This document shows, piece by piece, positions 11,143 to 25,023 of a DNA stretch of 64,000 nt (positions are counted from its first letter, which is position 1; every line of letters starts with the position of its first letter). Source of the stretch: Octopus sinensis (lineage: Eukaryota). The notes below the pieces were generated by a model that was not told the DNA's origin, searched no databases, and was given only the letters and a program-made list of their open reading frames with translations. A program made the position numbers and the translations under genes. The DNA is taken from assembly GCF_006345805.1 (NCBI RefSeq), contig NC_043012.1, positions 54,994,001-55,058,000 of the forward strand, given 5' to 3'.

Positions 11143-11214
11143 AAACATGGTAAATTTGTCTTCCTACTTTTCAATCCTCATGGCTCTCCCTCCATGAGGA
11201 AAAAATTAGGTTCA

Positions 11215-11262
11215 ACAACTACTACAACCACCACCACCACCACCAAAACCACCACCATCACC

Positions 11263-11314
<52 letters not shown>

Positions 11315-11329
11315 TTGCTGCTGCTGCTA

Positions 11330-11367
<38 letters not shown>

Positions 11368-11395
11368 ACAGCCACTGCTGCTGCTGCTGCTGCTG

Positions 11396-11443
<48 letters not shown>

Positions 11444-11470
11444 ATAATAATAATATAATAATAATAATAA
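11215..11470. repeat. Compound (ACC)/(ACT)/(GCT)/(AAT) microsatellite
   Basis: Read directly from the sequence. Confidence 0.97.
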
Positions 11471-11551
11471 ATCAGTTTTTGTCCAAATAATGAAATATTT
11501 TCTAACAATTCTTTCAATGAATTCTTGTTTAACAATGTTTGTTTCTTGCAG

Positions 11552-11628
11552 ATTTGGTGCATATCTGACTTTGAACTTTTACAATCAGTGATTTCAAAGA
11601 AATTCCCACATTCCCACTATTTTCACAG
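11552..11628 (+). CDS. SMPD2: SMPD2 coding exon
   Basis: ttgcAG / GTaagg. IWCISDFELLQSVISKKFPHSHYFH(S). 77 nt, phase-compatible with both neighbours. Confidence 0.93.
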
Positions 11629-13533
11629 GTAAGGAAGTAGTTTTGTTTTTGTTGTTTGATGTGGAGGGAAGGCAGTGATCATGGTCCCTTTATGGGTCTT
11701 GTCGGAGGGAAGGAGGAAGCTATCTTCATCTGGAGGTGGTAGTGTTAAACCAAGTGACTTGACCATCTAGTCAGACCCATGTTTCTCAACTACCTTTTAC
11801 CTAGGAGCCCTTTTAATTCCTGTTTTACTCAGATGAACCTCACTCCCCAGCCATTTGATATTAAAAAAAAAAAACTATTATATTTCTCTTTTATTTCTCT
11901 TTTACTTGTTTCAGTCATTTGACTGCGACTATGCTGGAGCACCGCCTTTAGTCAAGCAAATCGACCCCCAGGACTTATTCTTTGTAAGCCTAGTACTTAT
12001 TCTATCGGTCTCTTTTGCCGAACCACTAAGTTACGGGGATATAAACACACCAGCATCGGTTGTCAAGTGATGTTGGGGGGACAAACACAGACATACAAAC
12101 ACACACATACACATATATAAACATATACATATGACGTTCTTCTTTTCAGTTTCCGTCTACCAAATCCACTCACAAGGCTTTGGTCAGCCCGAGGCTATAG
12201 TAGAAGACACTTTCCCAAGGTGCCATGCAGTGGGACTGAACCCAGGAATTATATAAAAATAATTCTTAAAGTATTTTGTGTACTGTAAAAGTATAACTAA
12301 TTTATTGCTGATAAATTTTAACAAAAATATATGTAGACCCCAGTTAAGGACCACTGTAGTGGACTGTAACTGGAGGGTGGAAGATATCCTCAACCAAAGA
12401 CCTGTCTGAATGCTTTTAATGGATTGGGCTTTGCCAAAAAATTCAATGTACTAAATGGTAGTGTTGACACTTTTGTTGCCAAATTTTCGTTGAAATACAC
12501 TGCTCTAGTTTCAATTAATTTTGAAACCAATTAAGAATTTAATAAAACAACTTTGTCATTATTAAGTTGTTGCTTGGAACATAATTTAACCTAAAATTTT
12601 GGGTTTAAGGTTTTAATAGCATCACTTCAAAACAGGAATTGGTATCATAGAAGCAGGGGCAGTCTCAGGTTGATATCAAAGATGTCAAACAAAGTGATGG
12701 GTTACATCAATCATCCAAGTAGGCTGTATCTGGAAGGAGGAAAATAGTCTTCACAGGAGATCTGGTCTGAATGCTTCCCACATAATAGATTCTGCTAAAA
12801 GCACCCAAGTAATAGGTAGTGACATCAAACTGGGTGATAGACTAAGTTTACCTTCTAGTAGGCCATGGTAATATTTGAACACATAACACAAAAATCCAGA
12901 ACAAACACCACAAGGCACCTGAACCAGTACTCTTGGATTGCCTGTGTTCAGTTCACTGCAGGATGAAGGCCGCATCATGTTCTCTCCAACAACCATGATC
13001 TAATGTGGAAGCAGTGAATTTGAGCATGAGATCTTACTGGTTCGATGAGCCTATTCTGTCACACTGACTCAACATGGCCTGTCAGAGGGGTGCAATTTTT
13101 ATACTCATACCCAGGAGCAGTTAAGTCGACTACATTGATGCCAGTGCTCAACTGACACTTATTCTATTGACCCTGGAATGATGAACGGCAAAGTTGACCT
13201 CAGTGGAATTTGAACTCAGAATGTAATGATGAACGAAATACTGCAAAGCATTTCACTTGGCATGCTAACGATTCTATCAGCTCTCCAATACTCTTACAGT
13301 TTTGTTAGTCCATTCCTCTGGACTAGTTTAGGCTTTAAGTCCTCCTGTGCTGCTCAATGACTTGGGCTGCAATTCTTGCACATCCATTCCATGTAACATA
13401 TAATATCGACTGTTGTCAGATCATCTTTGAAATGTCCACTGCCAAGTGATTTTCAGCCTGCTCCTTTTATGCCTACCATCATGTGGTACCTAACTTTCGG
13501 TTGTTTTTGAGTGCTGTTGATTGGCTAAATCAG

Positions 13534-13794
13534 CAGTGGTTCTCAACTGGGGTCTGTATGACCCTTGGGGGTCCATGTAAGATTTTGTAGTTAAAATTTA
13601 TGTGCAATCAATTAGTTATACTTCTACAATACACATAATAAATTCAACAATTTTCTTTATATAATTCCAAATGATATTCAATCTTAAAAATATAAGTGGA
13701 TTTTTTAAACATTGAATAGTTATGGGGGTTCAGTGGTGTAAAACAAGGACCAAAGGGGTCCGTCCATAGGCAAAGAAATGGTTGAGAGACACTG
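13534..13794. mobile_element. hAT/Charlie-like MITE
   Basis: CAGTGGTTCTCAAC ... GTTGAGAGACACTG termini. TSD not recoverable. Confidence 0.7.
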
Positions 13795-15139
13795 GGTTAG
13801 AAGGAGAATGTAGCTAGCCAGGCAGAATCGGTTCTCTGCTACAATCTTTTGTATTGGTTGTCACCTCACTCTTCTCAGAATCTCCGTGTTTGTGACTCAG
13901 TCCTGCCAGTTGATTCTCAAGACGTTCCTGAAGTACCTTTGGTGAAATGCATTTAGTTTTCTGTTCGTCCTTTCTGTGCTTTTCCAAGTCTCTCTGGCAT
14001 GCATTAGTCAGTGGTGTAGCTAAGGCAGAAACGTTAGCACACCAGGTGAAATGCTTACCGATATTTCGTCTGCCGTTATGTTCTGAGTTCAAATTCTGCC
14101 GAGGTCGACTTTGCCTTTCATCCTTTCGGGGTCGATAAATTAAGGACCAGTTACGCACTGGGGTCGATATAATCAACTTAATTCGTCTGTCTGTCCTTGT
14201 TTGTCTCCTCTGTGTTTAGCCCCTTGTGGGTAATAAAGAAACAGGTGTAGCTAATAGTGAAGCAAGAGGAGCAACTGATCCCCTAGAGCACATTTTTCAA
14301 AATTGGTGCCTTTTCAACCCTTTACTTACCTATATCTGTAGTTGTAAGTTTCATACATAATGGCATTGTTACTGAAACATGAAACTAATGAGTGTAGAAT
14401 ATAATTACGTATATTACAACTCATGAAATATTTCATGCCATATAAGAGAAATGAGTTAAACATTATTTGATATGTGTAATGGCGCCATTTTTTTATGTGC
14501 TTGCTTCCACTAACTTTAGTTCCTGGTTTCACCTCTGATTGCAGTAGTCTTTAGTCTTTCAAATGGCTAATAATGTGTGCGTGCGCTGCTACTACACACA
14601 TTGGAAAGCATTGTACAACCTAGCACTAAAGAAGGTCTTTCCTCCTCCATGAAACAAAGCTGTTCCCGCTGGACGTCAACCCAGTATTTCTAAGCTACGG
14701 ACCGATTGATTTATTGTAAGGTTATCTCTCTAGACAGATTGCCTTCACTACAGCTAAGGAGCTCTTTCTACCCAACTGACACAGGTTGTACTGGTTTACA
14801 GTTTACCCGTAGGAGGATCGGATTGCAGTAGGCAGAATAACAGAATTATCTTAGGCAAAATTTCACATCAGTGATGATGCTTGAAGACACTCAGGTGGGA
14901 TGCATATGCAGGAGCATTGCTGTTGTCTTTCCAATCATAAAGTCTGTATCAAGTTTCCTCTGGATTGGTACTTCTTATTTATCCTGAAAGGGGTGAAGGC
15001 AAAATGGACCTTGGCATAAATTGAACTTGGAACCAAGACTGTTGGGACAAATATTTCAAGGCATTCTGTCCTGTGTTCTAATGACCCTGCCAATTTGTCA
15101 CTGACTTCTTACCATTCTGTTACTGGCACACACACCCAC

Positions 15140-15177
<38 letters not shown>

Positions 15178-15682
15178 ACTTTGCCTTTCATCCTTTCAGG
15201 GTCGATAAATTAAGTACCAGTTACGCACTGGGTTCGATGTAATCGACTTAATCCCTTTGTCTGTCCTTGTTTGTCCCCTCTGTGTTTAGCCCCTTGTGGG
15301 TAGTAAAGAAATAGGGATTGACCAGATGGTTTACAGGTAGTGTACCAAAGATAATGCAATATGCCTGAGTCCAGATTGTGACTCCAGACAAAAAGTTCAA
15401 ATCCTACTGATACCAACTTTGTCATTCATCCTATCAGAGTCAATCAAACGATATAAAGTACTGGTCAAGTACTGGGCTTGGTGGTGTTGACTAACCCCTC
15501 ACTCTCTTTAAAATTACTGACCATGAGCCAAGTCAAAATTAGAAGCTATCATTGTTTGTGCTGTTGTTGTCAATGATGATGATGATGGTGGTGGTGGTGG
15601 TGGCAATTATGATGATGATGACAGCAACAACGACAATGATGATGATGATGCGGCTGTCAGTGTTGTTGTTGTTGTTATTATT

Positions 15683-16242
15683 ATTGAGTGTGAGAGCAGT
15701 GCATGCCATCAAAGTGACACTGGGGTAAAATATACGAAGCCCAGTATACCCATCATGACTACCTGTCTGATAAAGGTACACTTGGCACATGCATTACAAC
15801 CATATGTGTGTGACATGGTGAACTCATATCAAGATAAACAGCACATGACCTTGCAGGTGGGGCCTAGTTAGAATTTTCTTAAGGTTGAGAAGCCCATTCA
15901 GCTCAAATGGTCCTTGAACAAGGGTTGTATAAGGATGTTGAACAAAACACCCATGTTTCCAGAGGTGAATTATTCAAACCCCAAAGAATTCCTCTCAGCA
16001 CATGGCTATGATGTTCTCCTACTACTTCTGCTCATCATCAGAGATGCACATATCCTCAACCATTAAAGGACATGCTTAACTGGTTAAGGTCTAACAACTG
16101 ACAAGCAAATCTGTGGTATTGTGCAGAATATTTGCTGTAGCCCATCTTTTATATCAAGACAAAACAATGTACATGATGACACTTCCAGTCAGTTAATATC
16201 AAATGACATGAGAGCCACTGCCTGGTACTGCATCAGGACATT
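15683..16242 (-). mobile_element. Family E copy
   Basis: Full-length reverse copy flanked by (ATT)/(CAT)n. Confidence 0.85.
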
Positions 16243-17000
16243 CATCATCATCATCATCATCATCCTCATAATGATGATGATGATGATGCAGTAAGCTGGC
16301 TGAATCATTAGCATGTCGGGCAAAATGTTTTGTGTTATTTCGCCTGTCTTGCCTTTCGTCTTTTTGGGGCTGATAAATTAAGTACCAGTCAAATACTGGG
16401 GTCAATGTAAATGACTTATCCCCTCACCACAAATTTCAGGTCTTGTGCCTATAGTAGAAAGGATTATTATTGTTGTTGTTATTGATATTTACTTATAATC
16501 TGCATGTTTGTAACAATTACTTGTTGAGATACATCCAGCATCCTTGGGTGAGTGAAGGATAAGAGATGTTACAGTATGACTGGAAGCTTGGGGGCGGGGA
16601 AGTGGCAGGGGCAGTAGCGAAATATTTTCATGTAATGCAACACAGACATTTAAATTGATAGGGCTTTTCTAAGGCTGTGGGCAGCACTTGTCAGCACAAT
16701 CTTTTGGATTTCTCTGAGACATGGTTCTCCTGGGATGTTGTCTAGATGTTTCTGATATCCTTTTTTTTTTATCACACCTAGGGCACTTACAATAACAGGA
16801 GCAGTTCTTGCTTTAAGATGCCTCATCTTTTGTATTTCAATTTCCAGGTCCTTATATTTACTGAATTGAAAATTCTTTTATGGATATATTTTTATCAGTG
16901 GGAACACTTACATCTATTAGTCTACAAATATTTCCTTCTCTGCTTTTAATAATTATCATCATCATTTCTTATAATGTTGCTTTATGTAATTTATATACAG

Positions 17001-17184
17001 TGGCAGCATTGGCAGTGGTATGTGTGTCTTTACAAAACATCCAATCAAGGATGCTCTCTACTTCAATTATCGTCTAAACGGCTACGCACATAAGATACAA
17101 CATGGTGACTGGTTTGCTGGCAAAGGAGTTGGCCTTATCAAAGTGGAAGTCAGTGGCATAATGATCAACATCTACACAACACAT
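17001..17184 (+). CDS. SMPD2: SMPD2 coding exon with P-loop-like DWFAGK motif
   Basis: tacAG / GTaagt. GSIGSGMCVFTKHPI...NGYAHKIQHGDWFAGKGVGL...NIYTTH, matching the human GIIGSGLCVFSKHPI...HGDWFSGKAVGL pattern. 184 nt. Confidence 0.96.
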
Positions 17185-17908
17185 GTAAGTCTGGCTGAAA
17201 GTTTCAGCACTTTATGTTTTTGTTTTTTTTTTTTTCTTAAAACAATTTTTAGATTGGTTACAAGAGAAAAGACAGCATTTCCATAACCTTTGGGAGGGAA
17301 GTGGTTTTGATTGGCTGTGTGGTAAGTAGCTTGCTTACCAACCACATGGTTCTGGGTTCAGTCCCACTGCGTGGCACTTTGAGCCTTATGCATAGTTGGT
17401 GTAGGGACTACAAACAAGCACTACAAAATATTTTATCGTATGCCTTAAAATCTCTGCCAGTCAACCATCTTTGGAACTAATCTGATCCGGAACTTAAACA
17501 AAACCAACAACAACAGCAATGCACATGATGTGGCTTCTTCCTCCTCTCCATATTTCCTCGCCTCCCGGATTGGAATGAGATGAGTGCGAATCACTTTTTG
17601 GACTCTACCAAATTGGCTCAGCTGACTGGGTGTTAAATCTGCTTTGGTGAGAGTACTTTTTGGCACTGGAGGTAAACAGACACACACACACATGCAGAAA
17701 TATAAACATATAGAGAAAGAGAGTGAGAGAAGGAGACATTACAATTTACTGATAAGGCAGAGGCTGGCTGTATGGTAAGAAGTTTGCTTTCTGACCACAT
17801 GGTTATGGGTTCAATCTCACTGCATGGCACCTTCAGCAGATGTCTTCTGCTATAACCTCAAGCTGACCAAAGCCTTTTCAGTAATTTTGGTAAATGTAAA
17901 CTGAAAGA

Positions 17909-18200
17909 GGAGGCACAGTGGCCCAGTGGTTAGGGCAGCAGACTTGCGGTTTCGATTCCCAAACTGGGCATTGTGTATGTTTATTGAGCAAAAACACCTA
18001 AAGCTCCACGAGGCTCTGGCAGGGGGTAGTGGTGACCCCTGTTGTACTCTTTTGGCCCAACTTTCTCTCACTCTTTCTTTCTGTTTCTTGAATAATGCTG
18101 CAATGGACTGGCGTCCCGTCCAACTGGGGGGGGGGCACATATGCCACAGAAACCAGGAAACTGGGCCCATGAGCCTGGTTAGGCTTCAAAAGGGCGCATA
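17909..18200 (+). mobile_element. SINE family C with V-domain-like motif
   Basis: tRNA-like head and ctgcaatggactggcgtcccgtcca motif. Reverse copies at 20072-20205, 32868-33115, 48184-48473 and 49677-49966. Confidence 0.8.
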
Positions 18201-19509
18201 AATAAAAATAAATAAATAAAAACTGAAAGAAACTTGTATGAGTGTGTGTGCGTGTATGTATATACATGTGTGTGTGTATGTATGGGTATGAGTGTGTATG
18301 TTTGTGTCTCCTTGTCTTGCCATCATATGATGGTTGTAAATGAGTCCCATTGTCATACAAGTGGTGTCATTCATTTCCAATATTCTGCAAGAACATATCT
18401 AGCCATGTGTAAATATTAACTTGCTTCAAAACAGGTGAGGGTTGGCAACAGGAAGAGCATCCAGCCACAGAAGAGCAAGTTGCCATCTGCCTCAATAAAG
18501 CCCTGTGTAACCCACACAAGCATGGAAAAGTAGACATTAAAAATGATGATGATGGTGATGATGATCATGATGATGATGACGACGATGATGATGATGATGA
18601 TGCTTGAATATGATTGGCATAAACACTTTCTCCTCTTCTCATACACATAAACAGAAAGACAGAGAGAGGAGGGGGAGGGAAGAGAGAGAAAGAGAGGAGG
18701 AGGGGAGAGAGAGAAAGAGAGGGGAGGTAAGAGAGAGAAAGAGAGTGGGAGGAGGGGGAAGGGTAGAGAGAAAGAGAGGGAGAGAAAAGAAAGAGAGTGA
18801 AAAAGAAAAGCATTAAAACATCTGAGGCCAAATAAATCAACATCGCATCAGCAATGCCAAATAGGTGGCGCCAGAACACCTTGTACTCTTTTACTCTTTT
18901 ACTTGTTTCAGTCATTTTACTGCGGCCATGCTGGAGCACCACCTTTAGTCGAGCAATTCGACCCTAGGACTTATTCTTTGTAAGCCTGGTACTTATTCTA
19001 TCGGTCCCTTTTGCCAAACTGCTAAGTTACGGGGACGTAAACACACCAGCATCAGTTATCAAGTGATGTGGGGGGAGCAAACACAGACACACAAGCATAT
19101 ACACAAACATATATATATATATACATATATACGATGGGCTTCTTTCAGTTTCCGTCTACCAAATCCACTCACAAGGCTTTGGTTGGCCCGAGGCTATAGT
19201 AGAAGACACTTGCCCAAGGTGCCATGCAGTGGGACTGAACCCGGAACCATGTGGTTGGTAAGCAAGCTACTTACCACACAGCCACACCTGCGCCTATAAT
19301 CAAGCAGATTTGAGAAATGTGTTGGAGGAATTAGGATTGACATGAAGATAGAATATGGTCAGAAAACTGCTTTATTGGGGACAGTGAAGATTTTGAGACA
19401 GTACTTGGGTGTTAAGTATCATGTGATCTTTGACAACAGGTTGTTGTCTGCTTTTACAGTATCTGCTGGAGCAAGTGAAATCAAGGGTTTTGAGAAGTAA
19501 AATGTGCAA

Positions 19510-19735
19510 TAATAATTATAATAACATTTATATTATAATAATTATAATAATATATTATAATATACTATAATAATTATAATAATATATTATAATATATTAT
19601 AATAATTATAATAATATATTATAATATATTATAATGATATATTATAATATAATAATATATTATAATATATTATAATAATATATTATAATAATATTTATAT
19701 TATAATAATTATAATAATAATTTTTTAAAAATAAA
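19510..19735. repeat. Essentially AT-only degenerate minisatellite
   Basis: aatatattat-like units ending about 35 nt upstream of the 19769 acceptor. Confidence 0.92.
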
Positions 19736-19768
19736 TATACTGTCTGAACTCTTTGTATTTTGTTTCAG

Positions 19769-19972
19769 ATCCATGCAGAGTATAGTGATATTAATGACGA
19801 ATATTTCACCCATCGCTTGATCCAGTCGTTTCAACTTAGCCAGTTTATAAAGCAGACTTCAGAGAAATGTGATGTTGTCTTTGTTGGTGGAGACTGTAAT
19901 ATGGAACCAAAGTCCCTCAGTTACAAAATCCTTACTACCAATGCCATGTTAAATGATGCATGGTTGAAAAAG
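19769..19972 (+). CDS. SMPD2: SMPD2 coding exon with GDxN motif
   Basis: tttcAG / GTcagt. IHAEYSDINDEYFTHRLIQSFQLSQFI...VFVGGDCNMEP...LNDAWLKK. 204 nt. Confidence 0.96.
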
Positions 19973-20733
19973 GTCAGTGTAAATTTGTGTTTCCTAGTTT
20001 GGAAAATTTACTTCTTGACATAATTTGTTTTCTTTTTTTTTTCTTCTTTTTTTTTGTTGCTGTTTTTTTAGATATGAGTGTGCCTGACCTCATGGAGCTT
20101 TTAGGTGTTTTCGCTCAATAAACACACACAATGCCCGGTCTGGGAATCAAAACCATGATCCTCTGACCGCGAGACCGCTGCCCTAACCACTGCCATTGCA
20201 CCTCCACATGCACATATATATATGTATGTATGTATGTACATACGTACGTAGGTATGTATGTGTGTATGTATGTATGATTATATGCACTCCACAGATATGC
20301 ATACCCTTAATGTAGTCCCTAAGGTGATTCAGTATGACTCAGAATGTGACTTGGCTGGTTCTTTGACTTACAGGTACAAACTATAGTCATGATCAATGCT
20401 GGTGTCACATAACAGGCACCTGTGCTGGTGGCACTTAAAAACCACCCTTTGAACTTGGGGCCTCACGGAGGCAATGGTAATTAACTGAGACCTTTGGCAA
20501 TATGCTGTGTGTGAGAAGACTTGTCAAGCCAAGTGAAAGCATAAACTGCTCTTCAAAACTGTGAAGCCATAGCACTGTCTGTCGTTTCCTGGTGAACTAT
20601 ACGACCCAAATTCATGAAACTCACTTCTTGATAGGAAATGGAATAGAAGGCATCGCAATATTCATATCTATTGAAATCCAAAAATAAATTAGATAATAAT
20701 TAAAAAAAAACACATACAGAGTCAGAAAGCTCC

Positions 20734-21163
20734 GGATCTTTTCGGTTTGAACGGCAGTTTTTTCTAGCGGTGTCATATGAAATTGTCACCCATAATTATG
20801 ACCCTAGTATCGATCTATTGCATTTCAATCTGTTTTAGGGTTATGGTTAGTTAGGGTTAGGGGTGGGGGGAAGGGTATCTTTTTTTCTTCACAAATGTAA
20901 ATAAACCCAATCTGTTTCTTAAACGAGGGACATATTCATATGGCACAGAATGCTTTTTACCTCAATAGACGTCAGTGATTGGTTGAAATTGCAGAAATTG
21001 AAGAAAAAAAAACAACAAATATCTTACAAACTATAGAATTTTCTCAATAAAGCCTAGAGAAAAAGATGTTTTATAAACGCATTCTACCAGTATACCAAGT
21101 TTAAAAGTGTTTAGTTACGTGGAAATTATTTAAAAAAAACTGCCGTTCAAACCGAAAAGATCC
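20734..21163. mobile_element. MITE with 30-bp perfect TIRs starting GG and 8-bp TSD (Merlin-like)
   Basis: TIR GGATCTTTTCGGTTTGAACGGCAGTTTTTT. TSD AAAGCTCC at 20726-20733 and 21164-21171. Confidence 0.88.
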
Positions 21164-21239
21164 AAAGCTCCTGTTCAAAACTATAATGCTACCTTGAATA
21201 ATATTGCAAAAATGATGCAAAGTAGGGAAATTATGATAT

Positions 21240-22270
21240 ATTTCAATGGTATTCTCATGCGATACATCAACAATAATATGTCTGACCACCACCTTTCTGG
21301 ATTACTTCCAAGACATACGATTCTATGCTCCCAGTCAACTTCTGCAGCAGATCGAGTGAACACTCTTCCAAGGCCTTCTTTATTGTCATTTCAAGTCCAT
21401 CAACAGATGAATAATGCTTGCCTTCACTGTACACAACATTCATGCGATGTCCCCAGGCCTTCTCTACAGTATTAAGGTCGGGACTTCTTGCTAGACATGG
21501 TTTTACTTCAACCCCATTTGCATGGAGGAAATCCAAAGTTGTCTTTGCTTTATGAATAGGAGCATTGTCCTATTTAAATATGAAGCTCTTACCATGGAGC
21601 CTTCTTCCTTCTTTGTCAATGAAAGCCCTGTTCAACATATTGATGTATCATGCAGCACCGAAATGGCCATCCATGATGACAAGTGGCAGCTTCCCATTGG
21701 CAGATATTGCTCCCTACACCATAAAACCTCCTCCACTGTTCTACAACTTGGAATAAGTAGAATTTTGTATATATTTATCTGCCTGGTATTACAGCCATTG
21801 GCTCCATTCAAATTCCATTTTTTTCTCATTAGAGAACAGGACCCTGGTCCATTCAGTATCCCACATCTGATGCTGCTGATTCAAACTCCAATCTAACAGT
21901 TTTGTAGGAAAGGGACAATAACAGACATCCTAGCTGCTTCTTCAGGTGGAAACCATGGTTCGAAATCACCCTTCTTATGGTAGATGTCAAGGTTCCTAAT
22001 CCTGCTGATGCCTTAATTTTGGAAATAGCTCTGACAATGCCCCTTTCATCCCTTTCTGATGTAGCTTTGAGATGTCCACCAGTACGAACCCTGTTGTGGC
22101 CAGCAGGATCTTTCAGAAAATTATCCACTGGTGTTCTGCTTCAGTGAATCTTCTCTGCAATCTTCCAGTTACTCATTCCTTCTGCTTTCAGTGCAAGAAT
22201 CTTCCTTTGCTCAATTTCAGAAAACTTTACTTTATAGCTTTAGGCTTATTGGAAATGTAATCTGGATTAT
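21240..22270 (-). pseudogene. Decayed Tc1-family (Tc3-like) transposase
   Basis: KKWNLNGANG and ARSPDLNTVEKAWG...VYSEGKHY, with several stops and frameshifts. Confidence 0.8.
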
Positions 22271-22664
22271 GGAGAATGCTATTGAGTTGAATAGTTTCCA
22301 AAACATTCTGGAAAGCGATGAAAATGTATTCATGGCTTTATGATTTTGAATTGTTGATATGCTAGAGAAAATTGGAAAATCAGGTGTTGTAATGTGATAA
22401 TAAAGATACAAGGTTTACATTTCAAAGTATTCACGAAATACTCCTTTACAATATATTATGCTCCTTAGTCTACTTAAATTCAGAGTTAAATTTCTAAATA
22501 ACTTAAAATAACATGTGGCTAACCCTTAAGGGTGGATGCTACTGTAGCTTGTAGCCCTATGAGATCACCTTCTCCAGCTGGTTATTGACGCACTTTCTGT
22601 GCCCTGCCAGTATTTGCAAAGGGAAGCTATCCTTCCCATCTTCAACCTGACGTGATACGCATGG

Positions 22665-22763
<99 letters not shown>

Positions 22764-23043
22764 GGATGGATAGATGGAAAGACAAATATCTTTTATCTTT
22801 TAGCTGTTTCAATCATTTGACTGTGTGAAATCACCTTAAAGGGTTTTAGTTGCACTAGTACTTATTTTTTAAATCCTTATACTTATTCTGTTCTTCTCTT
22901 TTGCTAAACTACTAAGTTATGGAGATGTAAACAAACCACACCAGTTGGTTGCAAAGTGGTGGTGTGGGACATACACAGAGAAACGTACGCACACATACAT
23001 GTATGCCAGGCTTCCATTCAATTTCTATCTATGAAATTCATGA

Positions 23044-23552
23044 AAAGCCCAGTATACCCTTCATGACTACCTGTCTGATAAAGGTACATCAGGTACATGC
23101 ATCACAACCATATGTGCGTGACATGGTGATCTCATATCAAGAGAAACAGCGCATGACCTTGCAGGTGGGGGCCCAGTTAGAATTTTCTTCTGGTCGAGTA
23201 ACCCATCCCACTCAAAAGGTCCCTGAATAAAGATTGTTTAAGGATGTTGAACGAACCACCCCTGTTTCCAAAAGTGAATTATCCAAACCTCTAAGAATTC
23301 CTTTCAACACATGGCTATGATGCTCCCCAACTACTTCTGCTCGTGATCAGAGATGCACATATCGTCAGCCATTAAGGGACATGCTCAACTGGTTAAGGTC
23401 AAACAAGTGACAAGCAAATCTGTGGTATTGAGCAGAATATTTGCTGTAGCCCATCTTTTATACCAAGACAAAACAATGTACATGATAACACTTCCAGTCA
23501 GTTAATATCAAATGACATGAGAGCCACTGCCTGGTACTACATCAGGGCATTT
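23044..23552 (-). mobile_element. Family E copy
   Basis: Reverse copy followed by (CAT)n. Confidence 0.85.
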
Positions 23553-23558
23553 TTCATT

Positions 23559-23590
<32 letters not shown>

Positions 23591-24252
23591 CATCATCGTC
23601 ATCGTCATCATCATCGTCATCATCATCATCACCACCACCACCACCACCACCACCACCACCATCACCACCATCATCATCATCATCATCATCAGTTGTAGTA
23701 GTAGTAGTAACGCAGCGAGCTGGCAAAATTGTTAGTATACTGGACAAAATGCTTAGTGGTTTTTCACCTGTTGCTACATTCTGAGTTCAAATTCTGCCAA
23801 GGTCGACTTTACTTTTCATCCTTTCAGGGTCGATAAATTAAGTACCAATGCAAACACTGGGGGTCGGAATAATTGATTAGTCCCTGCCCAGAAAATTTCA
23901 GATCTTGTGTTTATTGTTGGAAGGATTGTTAAGGTAGCGAGCTGACAAAATCGTTAACATGTCCAGAAAAATGCTTACCTGCATTTTGTTTGTCTTTACG
24001 GTCTGAGTTCGAATTCTGCCGAGGTCGGCTTTGCCTGTCATCCTTTTGTGGGGTCGATGAAATAAGTACCTGTTGAGCAGTGGGATCGATGTAATTGACT
24101 TTCGATGGCTTTGATGGCCAAAATTTGAAACCAATATTATATATTGTATGATTGATTGATTGATTCTAGTTTCAGCTTATGAGCTGTGGCCATGCTGGGG
24201 CACCGCCATTATATATTGTTTATGTTTATTTTTTTTTTTTTATCTTTCACAG

Positions 24253-24382
24253 AAAAATATCATGGACGACAAACTTGGTAATACGTGTGAGTGTCCTGAC
24301 AACTCTTACACTGATTCTGCTACGACACTGAAATTCCCACACGGCAAAAGGATCGATTATCTGTTGTTCAGAGCTAATTCAG
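24253..24382 (+). CDS. SMPD2: SMPD2 coding exon with RIDY motif
   Basis: ttcacAG / GTacta. KNIMDDKLGNTCECPDNSYTDSATTLKFPHGKRIDYLLFRANS(G). 130 nt. Confidence 0.94.
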
Positions 24383-24383
24383 G

Positions 24384-24384
<1 letters not shown>

Positions 24385-24430
<46 letters not shown>

Positions 24431-24434
24431 TGAC

Positions 24435-24470
<36 letters not shown>

Positions 24471-24600
24471 CACCACCACCACCACCAATAATAATAATAG
24501 TAATAATAATAACACTGCTGCTGCCGCCACCACCACCACCCCTACCACCACTACCACACGACTACTGCATCATCATCATCATCACCATTATCACCACCAG
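24385..24600. repeat. Compound (ACT)n/(ACC)n/(AAT)n/(CAT)n microsatellite starting at a splice donor
   Basis: GT at 24383-24384 is followed immediately by (ACT)n. Confidence 0.97.
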
Positions 24601-24798
24601 TGCCACATAAAAGCACCTGGGCTGATGCCACATAAAAGCACTTGTGATGGTGTCACATGTAAAGGTACTGTGTTGGTGCCATGTAAAAAGCACCTGGTAC
24701 ATTCTGTAAAATGGTTGGTGCTGTGAAGGGCATCCAGCCATAGAAAGCATGCCAAAACAGACAGCTGGGGCCTGGTGCAGCTCACCGGTGGGTGTTAA

Positions 24799-25023
24799 CC
24801 CTTTCGTTACCATATTTCTGTTGAGATGCTCTGTGTTTCTTTCAATTAATTTTTAAATATAACAAATAATTTAGTAAAATAACTTAGTCATCATTAAGCT
24901 AGTGTTAGGAACATAAAATGTGACTAAGGTTTGGTGGAAGATTTTAATTCAGAACTTTTGACAACAAGACATTTGTACCACAGAGCCAGAGGTGGTTTCA
25001 GGGTGGGTTGGTATCAAAAAGCT
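24799..25023 (+). mobile_element. TTAA-flanked piggyBac-like MITE
   Basis: ttaa|CCCTTTCGTTACC...GGTATCAAAAAGCT|ttaa. A reverse copy lies at 5776-5998. Confidence 0.65.

Noticed and set aside
20835-20862. Interstitial telomere repeats (TTAGGG)
   Set aside because: Only a few degenerate units, inside the MITE.
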